Below the pieces are notes generated by a model. The model made no database searches and had not been told where the DNA came from. It saw only the letters and a list, made by a program, of their open reading frames with translations. A DNA stretch of 64,000 bases from Octopus vulgaris (lineage: Eukaryota), in the NCBI GenBank assembly GCA_951406725.2, contig OX597828.1, forward strand, positions 56,916,001-56,980,000. Direction: 5' to 3'. Below are positions 41,018-53,350 of this stretch, one piece after another. The translations under genes were made by a program, and so were the position numbers. How positions within the stretch are numbered: position 1 is the first letter of the stretch; the number at the start of each line of letters is the position of its first letter.

Positions 41018-41150
41018 GGTGGTGAGCTGGCAGAATCGTAAACACACTGGGCGAAAGGCTTAGAGGCATTCTATCTATCCTTACGTTCCGATTTCCGATT
41101 CTGCTGGTGTCGACTTTGCCTTTCTTCCTTTCGGGGTCGATAAAGTCTGT
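41018..41150 (+). mobile_element. SINE, first family, 3'-truncated
   Basis: GGTGGTGAGCTGGCAGAATCG head and GTCGACTTTGCCTTTCTTCCTTTCGGGGTCGATAAA core. Confidence 0.75.
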
Positions 41151-41959
41151 AGCATAAATTGAATAGAAATAACAAGATTCCATACGCTCCTATGCTCTTC
41201 TGTAAGCTCCTATCGACCTTCTGGACAAATTTGTGAAAGACACATACAAAGTGGTCAATGAAGAGCCCGCCTAATTTGAAACCCATGAACAGTCAAACTG
41301 AAGACATCCGGAAAGCAACTTCAAACGCCACTCCTAAAAACAGCACTGAATGTAACAATAGTTGTAATGATAACATTCAAGACAGAACTGTAACGAATAA
41401 CAGAGACAGGAAAGCAGGTGATGCAGCCGGGCAAAATGATGTTCTCCAAAAGCCCTGAAAGCAGGAACTAAAACAAAGATAAAGACTCGGTATACCAAAA
41501 ATGTCACCTGGACAGAATTTGACAGAGCCCAGATCGTTAGTCAAATCTATCTAAATGTCACCTGCTGGCGTAGGGAAAAGCGAACAAACTGCAAATTGTC
41601 CCATACGAAGCATTTTCATAATAACGGGCAGAATAACCGCCTACCACAACACCAGCTTGTACGCAGAAGAAGGAAACCATCAAACATGGACCTGCTCACA
41701 ATACAAGGACAAATTAGGTCTCGTAGGGATACGTAGATAAACCAACACAAACCCTCTAACCCTCTGAATAAATAAAATGTATAGGCTGTGAGAACTACTG
41801 TTAGCGAACAGCAAGCATATTTTATCATAGTTCAAAAGACATTACAATAGATGACATGGTAGCAAATAACGCGAAATCAAATCCATGCATTTTAATACAC
41901 AAAGCCAACGAAAGTGACAGACTCAGGATGGCAACTATTAACACCTATAAAAACTTCCA

Positions 41960-43360
41960 GATACCGAACATATATTTTTTTTTAAATACTGGAGGCCTAT
42001 TACACATCAGTAACAGAGGTAAAATGCTCTATCTGAAAGAGCGCTCCGCATGCAATAAAGCAATATGTATGGCGCTTATAGAAACGCATCTAACTTCTAA
42101 TATAACATGCAAAAATACGTATACCAGGGTATGTTGTATTTTGTATAAGAAGAAGAGAAAGAAGTTCTGGAGTATTTGCTATGTACATCCGCCAAGACAT
42201 CTCACCTCTTGAACTATGGTCATACTCAAACAGTTTGTGATGCTTTAGTAAAACATGTAAAGCAAATTGATGTAGTAATATGTACAACATACCGTCCAGT
42301 AACTGCCGCAAAATAGGATGGTAAATTTGAGGATAGCTTCAGACGCATAAAAGAGGCATTGACAAACCTGAGCCAACATATCAATACACTACTCATGGGT
42401 TACTTCAACATCCCAAATGTTACATGGCCAGAAAGTATCATCTCTCGATGACATCACTACAGGAACAAAGATAATTAAAAGCATTACTTGAACTTTGTAA
42501 TATGCTGTTCGTGGGAAAATGTCACACTAGCCAATCAGGCGTAACAGCATCTTGGATCTCTGCTTCTCAAATAATGTGAACACTATTCATTACCAGAAGG
42601 AGACGCCTGAGCACTTTCGGAAAAAAAAACATTATAAGTCTCACATTTTATGCTTTTACATGAACTGTTGCATCTACCCTATTAGAAAGATTCAGTCATA
42701 ATATAAATTGAATTTGAATAAAACAAAATGAAAATCAATACGCAGAGAGATCCAAAACTGATCAGCCATTCTGTCTACATAAGACATTGACTTAAAATGC
42801 AGTTGGTTTATGTTGGGACACATCTAGATGAAATAATTCAGTTAAATTCTTTAATATTCCAACTGCAGACGAAGGCGGCAACCATCTATTACATCGACAT
42901 TGAGGAGACAGATGTAACAGCGGCCAGAGACGAAATGGACTTAAGTTCAGCAAATGATCTCGATGTTTTTCCAACTATTCTCCTGAAGTCATTTAAACAG
43001 GCTTTAAAGAAATCACTGCAAACACTTTTCCAAAGTTTCCTTGCAAGGGGAAACTATCCAAAATGCTAAAAGAACGAAAAAAAGCGTTATATGCGCCTTG
43101 CTTAATGATGGTGGCAGAGTAGAATCTACAAAACTCCAAGCTAATCTCTTTGATTTCAAATATCAGTTAAGATATGGACCGAATCGTTGGAAAGAAACTG
43201 GACACGTTCCACGAAGAAAAGGACTTATTGGACATCGCTTTCATCTAGAGCGAAGCTGACTTACACAGCCCAGGGGTTGAAGCAGCTCTTTGACCATTCC
43301 GATGTGTATGTACGATATATTGACTTCACAAAGCAATTGATAAGGTGTATCATAGCATAT
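41960..43360 (+). mobile_element. Old CR1/Jockey-group LINE remnant (endonuclease and RT fragments)
   Basis: Decayed motifs LIETHL, G(Y)FNIPNVTWP, NSILDLCFSN, VYVRYIDFTK. Confidence 0.65.
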
Positions 43361-43368
43361 GTCACAAT

Positions 43369-43986
43369 CCTTTGTGAGCCGCTCTCCGGCTATCTATCTG
43401 CGGCTTTATATAGCTATGGTAAGACCTCACCTGGAATTTGCATCACCGGTCTGGAACCCCTATCTTGCCCAGGACATCAATCGTCTGGAAGCTGTTCAGC
43501 GACGTGCAACCAAAAGAATACCCTCCATCAGGCATTTGCCATATCCTGAACGCCTTACTTCCCTGGGCATGGACACATTGAAACTCCGACGCATGGCAGC
43601 TGAATTGGCAGACACCCATAAAATTATCAACCATCGCACAAACAATAACTCTGAGCACCTCTTCAAACTCCACCCATCTAACACCCGTGGACATATTTAC
43701 AAAGTAAGAAAACAGCACAGCTCCCATGACTTCAGGAAACATTTTTTCACGCTGAGAGTTGCTGAAGCGTGGAACAAACTGCCGGCATCGGTTGTTAGTT
43801 GTCGGAGCACTGCATCCTTCAAAACTTCCATGCTTCCTGAGATTCGCCAACACTAGACTTGATACACAAACAAGCATGTTCACTTTCCAGACATTTCTAT
43901 ACTACTGCATGTACTTTATATGCACTTTCTGACAAGTCGTGGTGCACCTGAGCATTGTATACAATAATTTCATTATTATTATTATT
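43369..43986 (+). mobile_element. Younger 5'-truncated CR1-type LINE 3' end
   Basis: Open frame LRLYIAMVRPHLEFASPVWNPY..LEAVQRRATK..NTRGH..FFTLRVAEAWNKLP, then a 3'UTR ending in an (ATT)n tail. Confidence 0.88.
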
Positions 43987-44769
43987 TTCTGCGTGACGTT
44001 TGCATAGTTGCTAGACTGTGTGAGTGACTGCAAGACTTCTTAAAAGTTATAAGTTGGCAGTAGCAAAAGATGGGTCCCTTTCTAAGGAAACTCTAATTCT
44101 GGGTGGCATGCAAAGCATAATGAAATCAATATACCTTTTAAATTGGCAAGAAAATGGTGCATGATTGTATTGACTTCCGAGATCCGGAATAAACTTAGAA
44201 ATATATTACTAGACAGAAAATAGCCGGTGAGCAAATTACACAGAGATTATGTTATTCGAAGTGTATCTAATATGTGTATAACGAAATACAGCTTTAAATA
44301 AAATAAGCAATTTTGACATTATAGATAAAAATGGTGTACCCATTTTGACAAATATTCTCTAAGTATCGAAAGAAAAATATTTTAATCATTACCTTTAAAG
44401 GTAACAACTGAATAGACAAAAGTAATTGGAGTATATCTCTAATAAGCCATTTTAACATAGTAGTAACTTATAACGAGAAAAATTAATAGAAGTCCATAGA
44501 GAGCACACACACGGGCAAATGAGAGGGAGCCTTAGTCTTGGTAAATGTAAAGTTGTTTTGTGATTGGAGCATACACACAAACCATTCTATAGTGCAGTAA
44601 TTCTGAGAAAAAATTATTAAAATGGGAATTTCTAAAAATTTTATATTCTCTATAGATTTCAACATTTAATTTACATTAGTAAAATTTTTACTCTCTAGGC
44701 TAAGAAAAATATGGAAAACTCTTTATTTGAAAATAGATAATATCTCTCTTTTTCTTTTCTGTTTTTTTG

Positions 44770-45038
44770 TTTCTTTTTCCGACCAGGCTATCGGATGTTG
44801 CTACACATCGCTGGTCACAATGCGATTCACATTGTTTTAGCATTCTAATAACGCCACCCCGCTGGCTAAGCGAGCGGGCCAACAAAAGAAAGAGTGAGAG
44901 AAATTTGTGACGAAAGAGTACAGCAAGGATCGCCACAACCACCTGCCGGAGCCTGGTGGAGCTCTACGTGTTTTCGCTCAATAAACACTCACAACGACCG
45001 GTCTGGGAATCGAAACCGCGATCCTACGACCGCGCGTC
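44770..45038 (-). mobile_element. SINE sharing its head with 24180-24484 but with a different 3' part
   Basis: ctgccggagcc..gtggagct....gtgttt..cgctc and accggtctg.ga.tcgaa blocks are shared; tails differ. Confidence 0.7.
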
Positions 45039-45129
45039 TTTGTGTTTGTATGTGTGTGTGCAAGAAAAAACATTAGATACTTATCTTGTATATATGACAT
45101 AGTTCGATATTGGGGCATATTTCTTTTTG

Positions 45130-45765
45130 CGAGAAGTTTGTGTGCTGTGTTTGTTCACGTTTATGATAGGAGCTATCCTGGTAGGGTCGCCCTAGTCTAT
45201 AAGGACTCTTCTTTGAAGTATTTCAGTGTAAAAGTTTTTTTGTGTAAGCAGGGAGAAAATGTTCCATCCCTACTATTTAAGATGTTAACTTTTCATTGTA
45301 AAATGTTTAATTTTTCAGTAATAGGGATCTCCCATTGTACCCTGTCCACTGCATATTTTGACTTTAGCAATAATTTTCAATTCTATCTGTTTTTGTCTCT
45401 GAATGATGGAAGTGTTGTGTATACCTTTCCTTGAACGAGTTGTCCATCAATCCTATATAGGCTTTTGCTGTTGCATTTGGGGTCCGTGATATTGGCCTTG
45501 TATAAGAGATCTTTCTGGAGACTGTTTTTATGATTAGAGTGCAGTAGAGTTGGGATGTGTAATTGCATTGTCATTCTGGGGTGTTTCTGGTGTGTTTATA
45601 TATTGTTATTGGGTAATATTGACCCTGTATTGGCGGGGGGGGGGGCGATTTTAGCTAACTCTAATAGTATTTTTGTTCAAAATCTTGAGGTACTTGTGTG
45701 GATGTGTAATGTGGTTGTCTATTACTTTTAAGAGTTCCCTAGCTATCTTGGTAGCTGCATTTATG
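45130..45765 (-). mobile_element. Penelope-like element C-terminal / GIY-YIG endonuclease remnant
   Basis: Decayed KILNKNTIRVS and LLYKANIT segments resemble the PLE linker and GIY-YIG region. Confidence 0.5.
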
Positions 45766-47721
45766 TTATAAGATAGGTTGAATCATAAAATTTTCCTCTG
45801 TCTGTGTCTTTGGTCTATTTATATTAATGTAGTGTGTGTTATTCTTGAAGTTGGAACTTTCTAATGCAGCACTATAATACATATGTATGTGTCCTTTTGT
45901 CTGTATTTGTACCCCAAATACAGCTTTACAAGCAGTGTTGGTGTGTTTACGTCCCTGCAAATTAGCAGTTTGACCAAAGAACTGAATAGAAATGCTCTGC
46001 TTTAAGAAAAATAAATAAGCCTGGAGGTCAATTTGTTCCACTAAAACCTTTCAATGCAGTTCCCAAGTATATCAGCAGTAGAAATGAGTGAAAGAAGTAA
46101 AAGAATGAAATAATAGATTGGATATGATTTGATAATTATATATAGAAGATTCCGAAAGGTTATAGAGGTACTCTGACTGATTTAATGAATTGGTGTAAAG
46201 GGCAATGATAGATGTTATATTATAATACGATTATGCGGTAGGTACAGCATTAGAATTTCATTAAGACCTGTAATTCTACTCCAATTTTTAATATAATCTC
46301 GATTCAACGAACACTTTTCAATTTAAGTTTTTAGAGCGGATTTGTTCCGAATGCCGATTATATTATTTATGTATGTATGAATGCATGTATATAAGTATAA
46401 ATATTTTATATGTGTATGCATGCACCGATATGTTTCTGTGTTGAGTTTGTTTCCTCTATTAACTAGTAATTAGATAGAAGTTCTAGGAAATATATAGTAC
46501 AGCTATATGTATCATGTATGTATCATGTCGATAAGATCGATTAAAACTTGTGGGTATTGTTCCAACATTGCAACAATGTATTAGAACGACGGGTGATAGC
46601 AAAACACAGAATGAGAAAGAAAAGAACAATGTTGATAGTATTATTTTTTCAATTTTTTATTTCATAACGAACGATATTTTACATAAATTTTTAGATCTTG
46701 TAAAGCTGTGTAACACCAAATTCAACGACTCATAAACAAATAATATTTAGTGTGTTAATACCTCCGATGTGTAACCGAGCAATAAATATAATCATATCGT
46801 GATGTTGCAAAATAGGAGAAACTATATCTCTGTTTAAATGTGCATATCATGCAGCAAGTAAATATTAAATAATTATCTCACAATCGTTTAAAAATATAAT
46901 GATTGTTTAAATAAAAATATTTTCAAATCAATTTTATTTGGTGATTCATAAGGTAAGAAAACTTCAGAAAACACACACGCAATTAAGCAATATAAAGCAA
47001 TAGCAATCGTTTTGCTGCAAATTGGAAATGAAAATCAAAGCCATATTCTCGTAATTATCGATTATGTATATTATATTTTAATTTGAAGCGTGTATAAGAT
47101 ATGTATTTGTTTAATCACAAACATAAATGAATTGATTTTAGGAAAAATGTTTTATTTCAGTTCCGTAGCAATGCAATATTGCTGAGCAGTTATATCAAAT
47201 AATTGTTAAATAAATATATATATACCTTAACGGAATTGTAAGTTCTCCATTTTCTAGTTTCCTGTGTATACATGCTGTGATTAACCTAACAAATTCTGCT
47301 GAAGAATTGTTTTGCAACCAAATATAATCTTAGATGCAAGCATATTTGTAGTGGAGTGCTGTGCTTTTGCAGTAGCTTTTTTTTTTCCTGTTCCCCTTCC
47401 TGCTGTTTAACTGGAAATCCACCAAGATTGAAAATATCTGTGATCAAAGAAAATTCGTACAAGCAGTGAAAAATACGATTCCTTTTCCTGAGTATTATCT
47501 AATTCTACCAGCTCCTGATTGGATATACCACTTTCCATTTCAAGAAAATATTTGGCTTGGTGGGAATGATATTTCCATTGCGTGTAGTGAATGCGACCGC
47601 CCAAGAGTTTTCTACTTCAACGATTGTTAGTTTGTGTTATATACATTTTCTGTTTAGAATTAAATTAATTTACACGCCTACATTCAGTTGTAAGGTAGTG
47701 TCGTTTTTTCAATAAGAAAAA

Positions 47722-47918
47722 TGGCAGCAGCCTTGCAGAATCGTTTGCACCCTGCATAAAATGCTTAGCGCCATTTCATCCATCTTTATAAATTTCGATT
47801 GGAATTTCTCCGAGGCCAACTATGCTTTTCAATCATTCGGGACTGAGGAAATAAGTGCCTGCTGAATGCTGAAAGCGATGTTATCGACTAACCTCCTTCT
47901 CCAAAATTTCAGGCCTTA
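47722..47918 (+). mobile_element. SINE, first family (decayed)
   Basis: gcagaatcgtttgcac..aaatgcttagcg head and decayed core. Confidence 0.6.
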
Positions 47919-47931
47919 TGATCTCTATGTA

Positions 47932-48004
<73 letters not shown>

Positions 48005-48416
48005 GCACTCATATACATATATATATATATATATAAATTATATTATATTATATAGAAATTGTTAGCATTGACAATACTCGGAAACAGGTTAGAATCGAAG
48101 TGCTCAAATTCAGATAAGTTCTAATTTATACGAATAGAAAACTAGATGAACATGACCTATTTTCCGTAGAATATTCGTATATATGTGTACTTTCTTCAAC
48201 ATGAATAAATCAATATAAAGTTCGAAATAATATTAGTATTAAAAACATACAAGCATATAAACAATTGAAAATTTCATATTTAAAAACACGCAAATATTTA
48301 AAAATACGTAGGCATTTCAAAAATATATAAACACATAAATAGATATAAAAAAACGTCAATTTGATATCAGACATAGTGAAGTATAAATTCACACTATATG
48401 ATAGAAAAAATGATAT

Positions 48417-48504
<88 letters not shown>

Positions 48505-48995
48505 TCTGTGTGTGCGCGCATGTGTATGTAAAACAGTAGAAGTGTGCTTCAGTATGCCCACCTTTCATCACACTAGGTAAAAACATTTCGTTAATTCTGG
48601 AAAATTAGTGGTTTTATAATGCATGCGTGTAAAAAGCGATTGTAAAATTTTTGTGTTAGTACAGAATTAAACGCAACTGTTATTGTTAATGATGTAAATT
48701 GTGTATATTATCAAAGGATTTCTAAATGCAGAAACACACTTGTTATTAAAATTGCTAACCGTGAAGAAGAGTGTAATTTGCAATGTCGGAGCATTTTAGA
48801 TGGATAAAATGACAGCGAAACCCTCAGGGATTCGCTACATGATGTTCATAATTACTCCACTTTGGTGAGAATCTGCTTTGCTTGTCATCCAATATAATCC
48901 TCTTTTCCCTGGATACCTTTTACGCTAGGTATTTTTTAAAAACATTACATATTGTCTGACATTCATGAGAAATGTGCAAAATTTTCTTTTGCTCG

Positions 48996-50147
48996 TTATT
49001 TCTCAGAAGAGGCTGATAAAGCAATTATAATATAGAGTAGTAAGAATATAATAATTAGTAAGAAAAATATTTTATCAAGTTTCTGGTGGCTTAGAAAATA
49101 TGTCTTAAAATAATTATTAGATTTTGTTTTTACAGTTTGCTCATTTGCACATTCTATAATCCCAATTTTATTCTTCGAATAGCTTGATTTTTGTGTTATT
49201 TCTGGTGATGATTCTATGTTGGTACCCCTCGGATGTGCATAGAGTTTAGATATAGCAACTGAAACGACAGTAGAGACTCCGCTCACAAATGTCAGAATCA
49301 GGAGATATATTAGATACATAGATGCTTCACGAGACTTATTACCCAATATTTTCTCAGTTTCAGAAAGAAATACAATATTTGCAAGGAACACGGTAATTGC
49401 AACTGAAACCTTTTCTCCAGATTCAGGTGGTAAAAAATGAACAGAGAGTATCAATATTGTTAGCATTACTGGGGGTATTATTTTTGTTATTGTGGCGCTA
49501 GTAACTTTTCTTTTGGCGTGAGCTACAACACCAGCCGCTACGCTGGGCTTTCTTTTACGTTCACTCAATTCCAACCTAAAATCCCATTGACTGGATGTGG
49601 ATTCTAACTGCGCAAAATGATTAAATTCACTGATAGCTGCAACCATAAATATTTGGTGATTGAAACAAACTGAAATATCACATTCGTGTTCATCAAAGGG
49701 ATATTTATTAACATTAATCCGGCAATAAGTTTGGAAATTTCTGTTTATAAACAAGAAAACGTTTCCGCCAGGTTCCAAAAAGATTTCTGTGTCCTCGTCA
49801 ATTTTGAATCTATCCATTACGCCGTTACACATGTTTATGGTAGGGTGCCATATATATTTTAGTGCAAAACTTATGTAACTAATATTGTTTACCGATTCGT
49901 CCCACTGAAGATTCATATCGTTCCATTGTAGTCCGAAAATCAAATCACTTGTTGCTACACCATTCAATATGTCAAATTCAATTATGTTTTTTATCACAAG
50001 TGTTACATTTACTAATACAATATCATGATCGTTATCAACAGGTTTCTTCGTTTTATCATAATTTCTTAATAATTTGTATTTCAAGGCGTCCTTTTCCGAG
50101 GCATCGCTTCCGATTAACACAAAAATTAAGACAATTAGCAATTGCAT
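48996..50147 (-). CDS. Chemotactile receptor-like Cys-loop channel subunit, paralog 4, 383 aa
   Basis: Signal peptide MQLLIVLIFVLIGSDA; WHPTINMCN; Cys-loop CRINVNKYPFDEHEC; SGEKVSVAITVFL; four TM segments. Confidence 0.94.
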   Translation of the reverse strand: MQLLIVLIFVLIGSDASEKDALKYKLLRNYDKTKKPVDNDHDIVLVNVTLVIKNIIEFDILNGVATSDLIFGLQWNDMNLQWDESVNNISYISFALKYIWHPTINMCNGVMDRFKIDEDTEIFLEPGGNVFLFINRNFQTYCRINVNKYPFDEHECDISVCFNHQIFMVAAISEFNHFAQLESTSSQWDFRLELSERKRKPSVAAGVVAHAKRKVTSATITKIIPPVMLTILILSVHFLPPESGEKVSVAITVFLANIVFLSETEKILGNKSREASMYLIYLLILTFVSGVSTVVSVAISKLYAHPRGTNIESSPEITQKSSYSKNKIGIIECANEQTVKTKSNNYFKTYFLSHQKLDKIFFLLIIIFLLLYIIIALSASSEK

Positions 50148-50760
50148 TGCGATTAATCTATGGAATATTTATCCTATATCCTTTTTTGCGAATGCTTGAC
50201 CTTTGAATAGATATCGTGATTTTGAAATATTTCCTCAAATTATGGATGTGAATAAAATTCGATTAAGAAATTGAAATAATAGTATATATATATATATATA
50301 TATACATGTGTGTAGATACAACTGTATGAAAATATTTCAAAATACCTCGTGATTCCTTTATGCTGTGAGTATGAAATGCACACACATTATTTAACTTGTT
50401 AGCATTTGGTACCATGAAAGATTTTGAGTATCAGTTGGTCATGAGGCCTAAGACGCAATGGCATACGATGAAGTGATACTTTTTGTAAATGTTTATCTCT
50501 TTAATTATAGTCTCTTATACTACCGAAATTTTATCACTAACTCTCTATAAATGATTCATCTTCTTCCCACGTTTCTTTCTTCTCTCTCGTTCTCATTGTA
50601 TGTGTGTGTCTCTCTCTCTATGTGCAAAGATATATATAATGGAAACTACAGTTCAGTTCCACTATATATAGGCTATTTTCTGATTTCTCGATATTATTAA
50701 TACAAAATATGTATATATCTGTGTATATATGGTTACACACATGCACACACACACACACAA

Positions 50761-50808
<48 letters not shown>

Positions 50809-50813
50809 GTGTT

Positions 50814-50856
<43 letters not shown>

Positions 50857-50920
50857 ATGTATATATATATATGTGTGTGTGTGTGTGTATGGGTATATAT
50901 TATACTTATATATATTTGCG

Positions 50921-50976
<56 letters not shown>

Positions 50977-51071
50977 TATATATGCATACACACATACACA
51001 CAAACATATATAAAGTAAATTTGCCACGTTCTGTCTAATATATAAGACACTATTTGGTAAATAATGAAATT

Positions 51072-51092
51072 AAGTGTTAGATTTCCCATAAG
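51072..51092 (-). promoter_or_regulatory. Conserved upstream motif, partial (paralog 4)
   Basis: aagtgttagatttcccataag, 20/21 identical to the paralog 2 motif. Confidence 0.45.
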
Positions 51093-51489
51093 ATTGACTC
51101 GGGAAAATACACTGGAATATACAATGCGCAGGTTTGGAAACAATGACTGGAGTTGATCGTTATAATTCAATAGCATACTATTGGAATAGATCGATTACAA
51201 CAGAAAGGAGTTTAGCTCTAAAAGGATAATTCACAATCTCAAGGTTTGTTGTTCGATGTGAAAGTTAAGCTTCAATTGTCTTGACGTAATTTCCGGCTGA
51301 CCGTTATTTGGGGTTTAGAATTATGAGTAAAGTATGCAACACTTGATCGTTTATGTCGGGAAATTTAGTATATTTTTATATAGTTAGATAGGTTTCAGCT
51401 AGATTTGGCCCACTCCGTGTAATATTATTTTATTCACTTACCTTTACATGTTTACATTTTTTATCGCTTTGGAATATCGTTCATTTGAA

Positions 51490-52214
51490 GAGATGCATCG
51501 AGCCAGACGTGTTTACCACTGTTGGAAACATTGCTGGATCTCTTGCGAATTGATGCCTTTTAACGACTCTGTGGTTTTTTCATCATCTCATCCACATCTG
51601 CAAATTCTGTAGCACCAGCATTCGTTAGCAGAAATGACCTTCGGAAAAAGGTCAGGATTAATTTCCAACTGATCTTTCAATTCATGATACGCTTTCGGTC
51701 GTGACTGCTTTTCATTTGCAATTCCACGCTCAAAGTTCCTTGGAAGAAATTGTAGTAGACACCAGTCAAATCAACTGGTTCGTCATTTGTTCGGTGATGA
51801 TCTTCCAATATCAGTTCTTACATTTTCTTGATACTTTATGTCGTTTCAGAGGTCGACGGATGCTCTGAATGAGATTTGTCTTCAATTGACAAGGACCATT
51901 GCTAAAGCGTACTAGCTACCCGAAAACATGTTTTGCGCATTACAGCGTCCTTGTAAGCATAACAACTGTTTTGGCCACCTTTGTTTCGAGCAGATAACAT
52001 AATTTCACGGAATCACGCTGTTTTTCGTTTCAGCCATTGCAAAAATCGGCGAAGAGGGGACAAACACTACAAAGCACAGATGCACTACGTGTTAGCATGT
52101 ATACACTTGACGACGCCGATGGACTTAGTGATGCCTGATGGTCGCACCAAGTGGCTTCTAGAGACGCAAGTCTGAACCACAACGGGATGGTACCAGAGTG
52201 AATGTTTCCGGTTA
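51490..52214 (-). mobile_element. Decayed mariner-like element, 5' portion
   Basis: Minus strand begins TACGAGTGGATACCCAAAAATAACCGG (mariner-type terminus next to TA); GC-richer decayed coding-like interior. Confidence 0.4.
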
Positions 52215-52346
52215 TTTTTGGGTATCCACTCGTATATATATATATACATGTGTGTGTGTGTTTGTGCGTGCGTTTTTCTGCACGTATGTGCGTGCATCCG
52301 TGCGTACGTGTGTACGTGCAGGCGTGCGTGCCTTTATGTGTGTGTG

Positions 52347-52614
52347 CTCTTTTACTATTTTACTCTTTTATTAGTTTCAGTCATTTGACTGCGGCCATGC
52401 TGGATTATCGCCTTTTAGTCGAGCAAATCGACCCCAGGGCTTATTCTTTGTAAGCCTAATACTTATTCTAGTACCGAAAGAGACCGATAGAATAAGTACT
52501 AGGCTTACAAAGAATAAGTCCTGGGCTCGATTTACTCGACTAAAGGTGGTGCTCCGGCATGGCCACTGTCAAATGACTAAAACAAATAAAAGAGTAAAAG
52601 AGTATAGTAAAGAG
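52347..52614. repeat. ~270-bp imperfect palindrome made of two inverted SINE 3' segments
   Basis: Arms 52347-52470 and 52488-52614, loop 52471-52487; arm sequence matches the SINE tail at ~35165-35270. Confidence 0.88.
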
Positions 52615-52676
52615 TATATATATGAAAGGGTTCGGCATATACTGCAATTGTGAAGTGATTAGATAAGGATAATGAG

Positions 52677-52890
52677 TTTATTTCTTTATTGCCCACAAGG
52701 GGCTACACACAGAGGGGACAAACAAGGACAGGCATCGATTCCAGTGCGTAACTGGTACTTAATTTATGGTCCCGAAAGGATGAAAGGCAAAGTCGACCTC
52801 GGCGGAATTTTAACTCAGAGCGTAACGGCAAACGAAATACCGCAAAGAATTTCGCCCGGCGTGCTAACGATTCTGCTAGCTCGCCGCCTT
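52677..52890 (-). mobile_element. SINE, first family, near full length
   Basis: Head ggcggcgagctagcagaatcgttagcacgccggg, core, and tail ending caataaagaaataaa. Confidence 0.85.
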
Positions 52891-53350
52891 AATGAGTTAA
52901 GTTCTATAGTTCTACATTTCTCTAAGGATATTTTGAGCTGTGATATGCACACTAAAGTTGATTTATGCACCTAAAATAATTTTTTTGTTTTGTTTTTTTT
53001 GAGCGGGTAGGCTTGGCGGATGGTCAATATACTATGCGTAAGTGAAGATTGATGAACCAGAGGAGAAGAAAAACGAAATGTAGAGAAGAATATTCATGAT
53101 TTGTTTTTGATCAAATTAAATTATCTAAAGTGAGCTAAATATCGATTCTACAAAACACAGCAATTAAATGCAGCAAATATTTACCTTTTCTATATATAAA
53201 TACTCATTGTAGAATTACGAACAGTATACAAACGTAAATTTAAACATTCTCTCACGTTATGCTTCATCTACATTTAGATCTGCAGCTTTCACCAGTTTTC
53301 ATCAATTTCACATAACACAGATGTCTTCACTAGACAGATGTATACCATAT

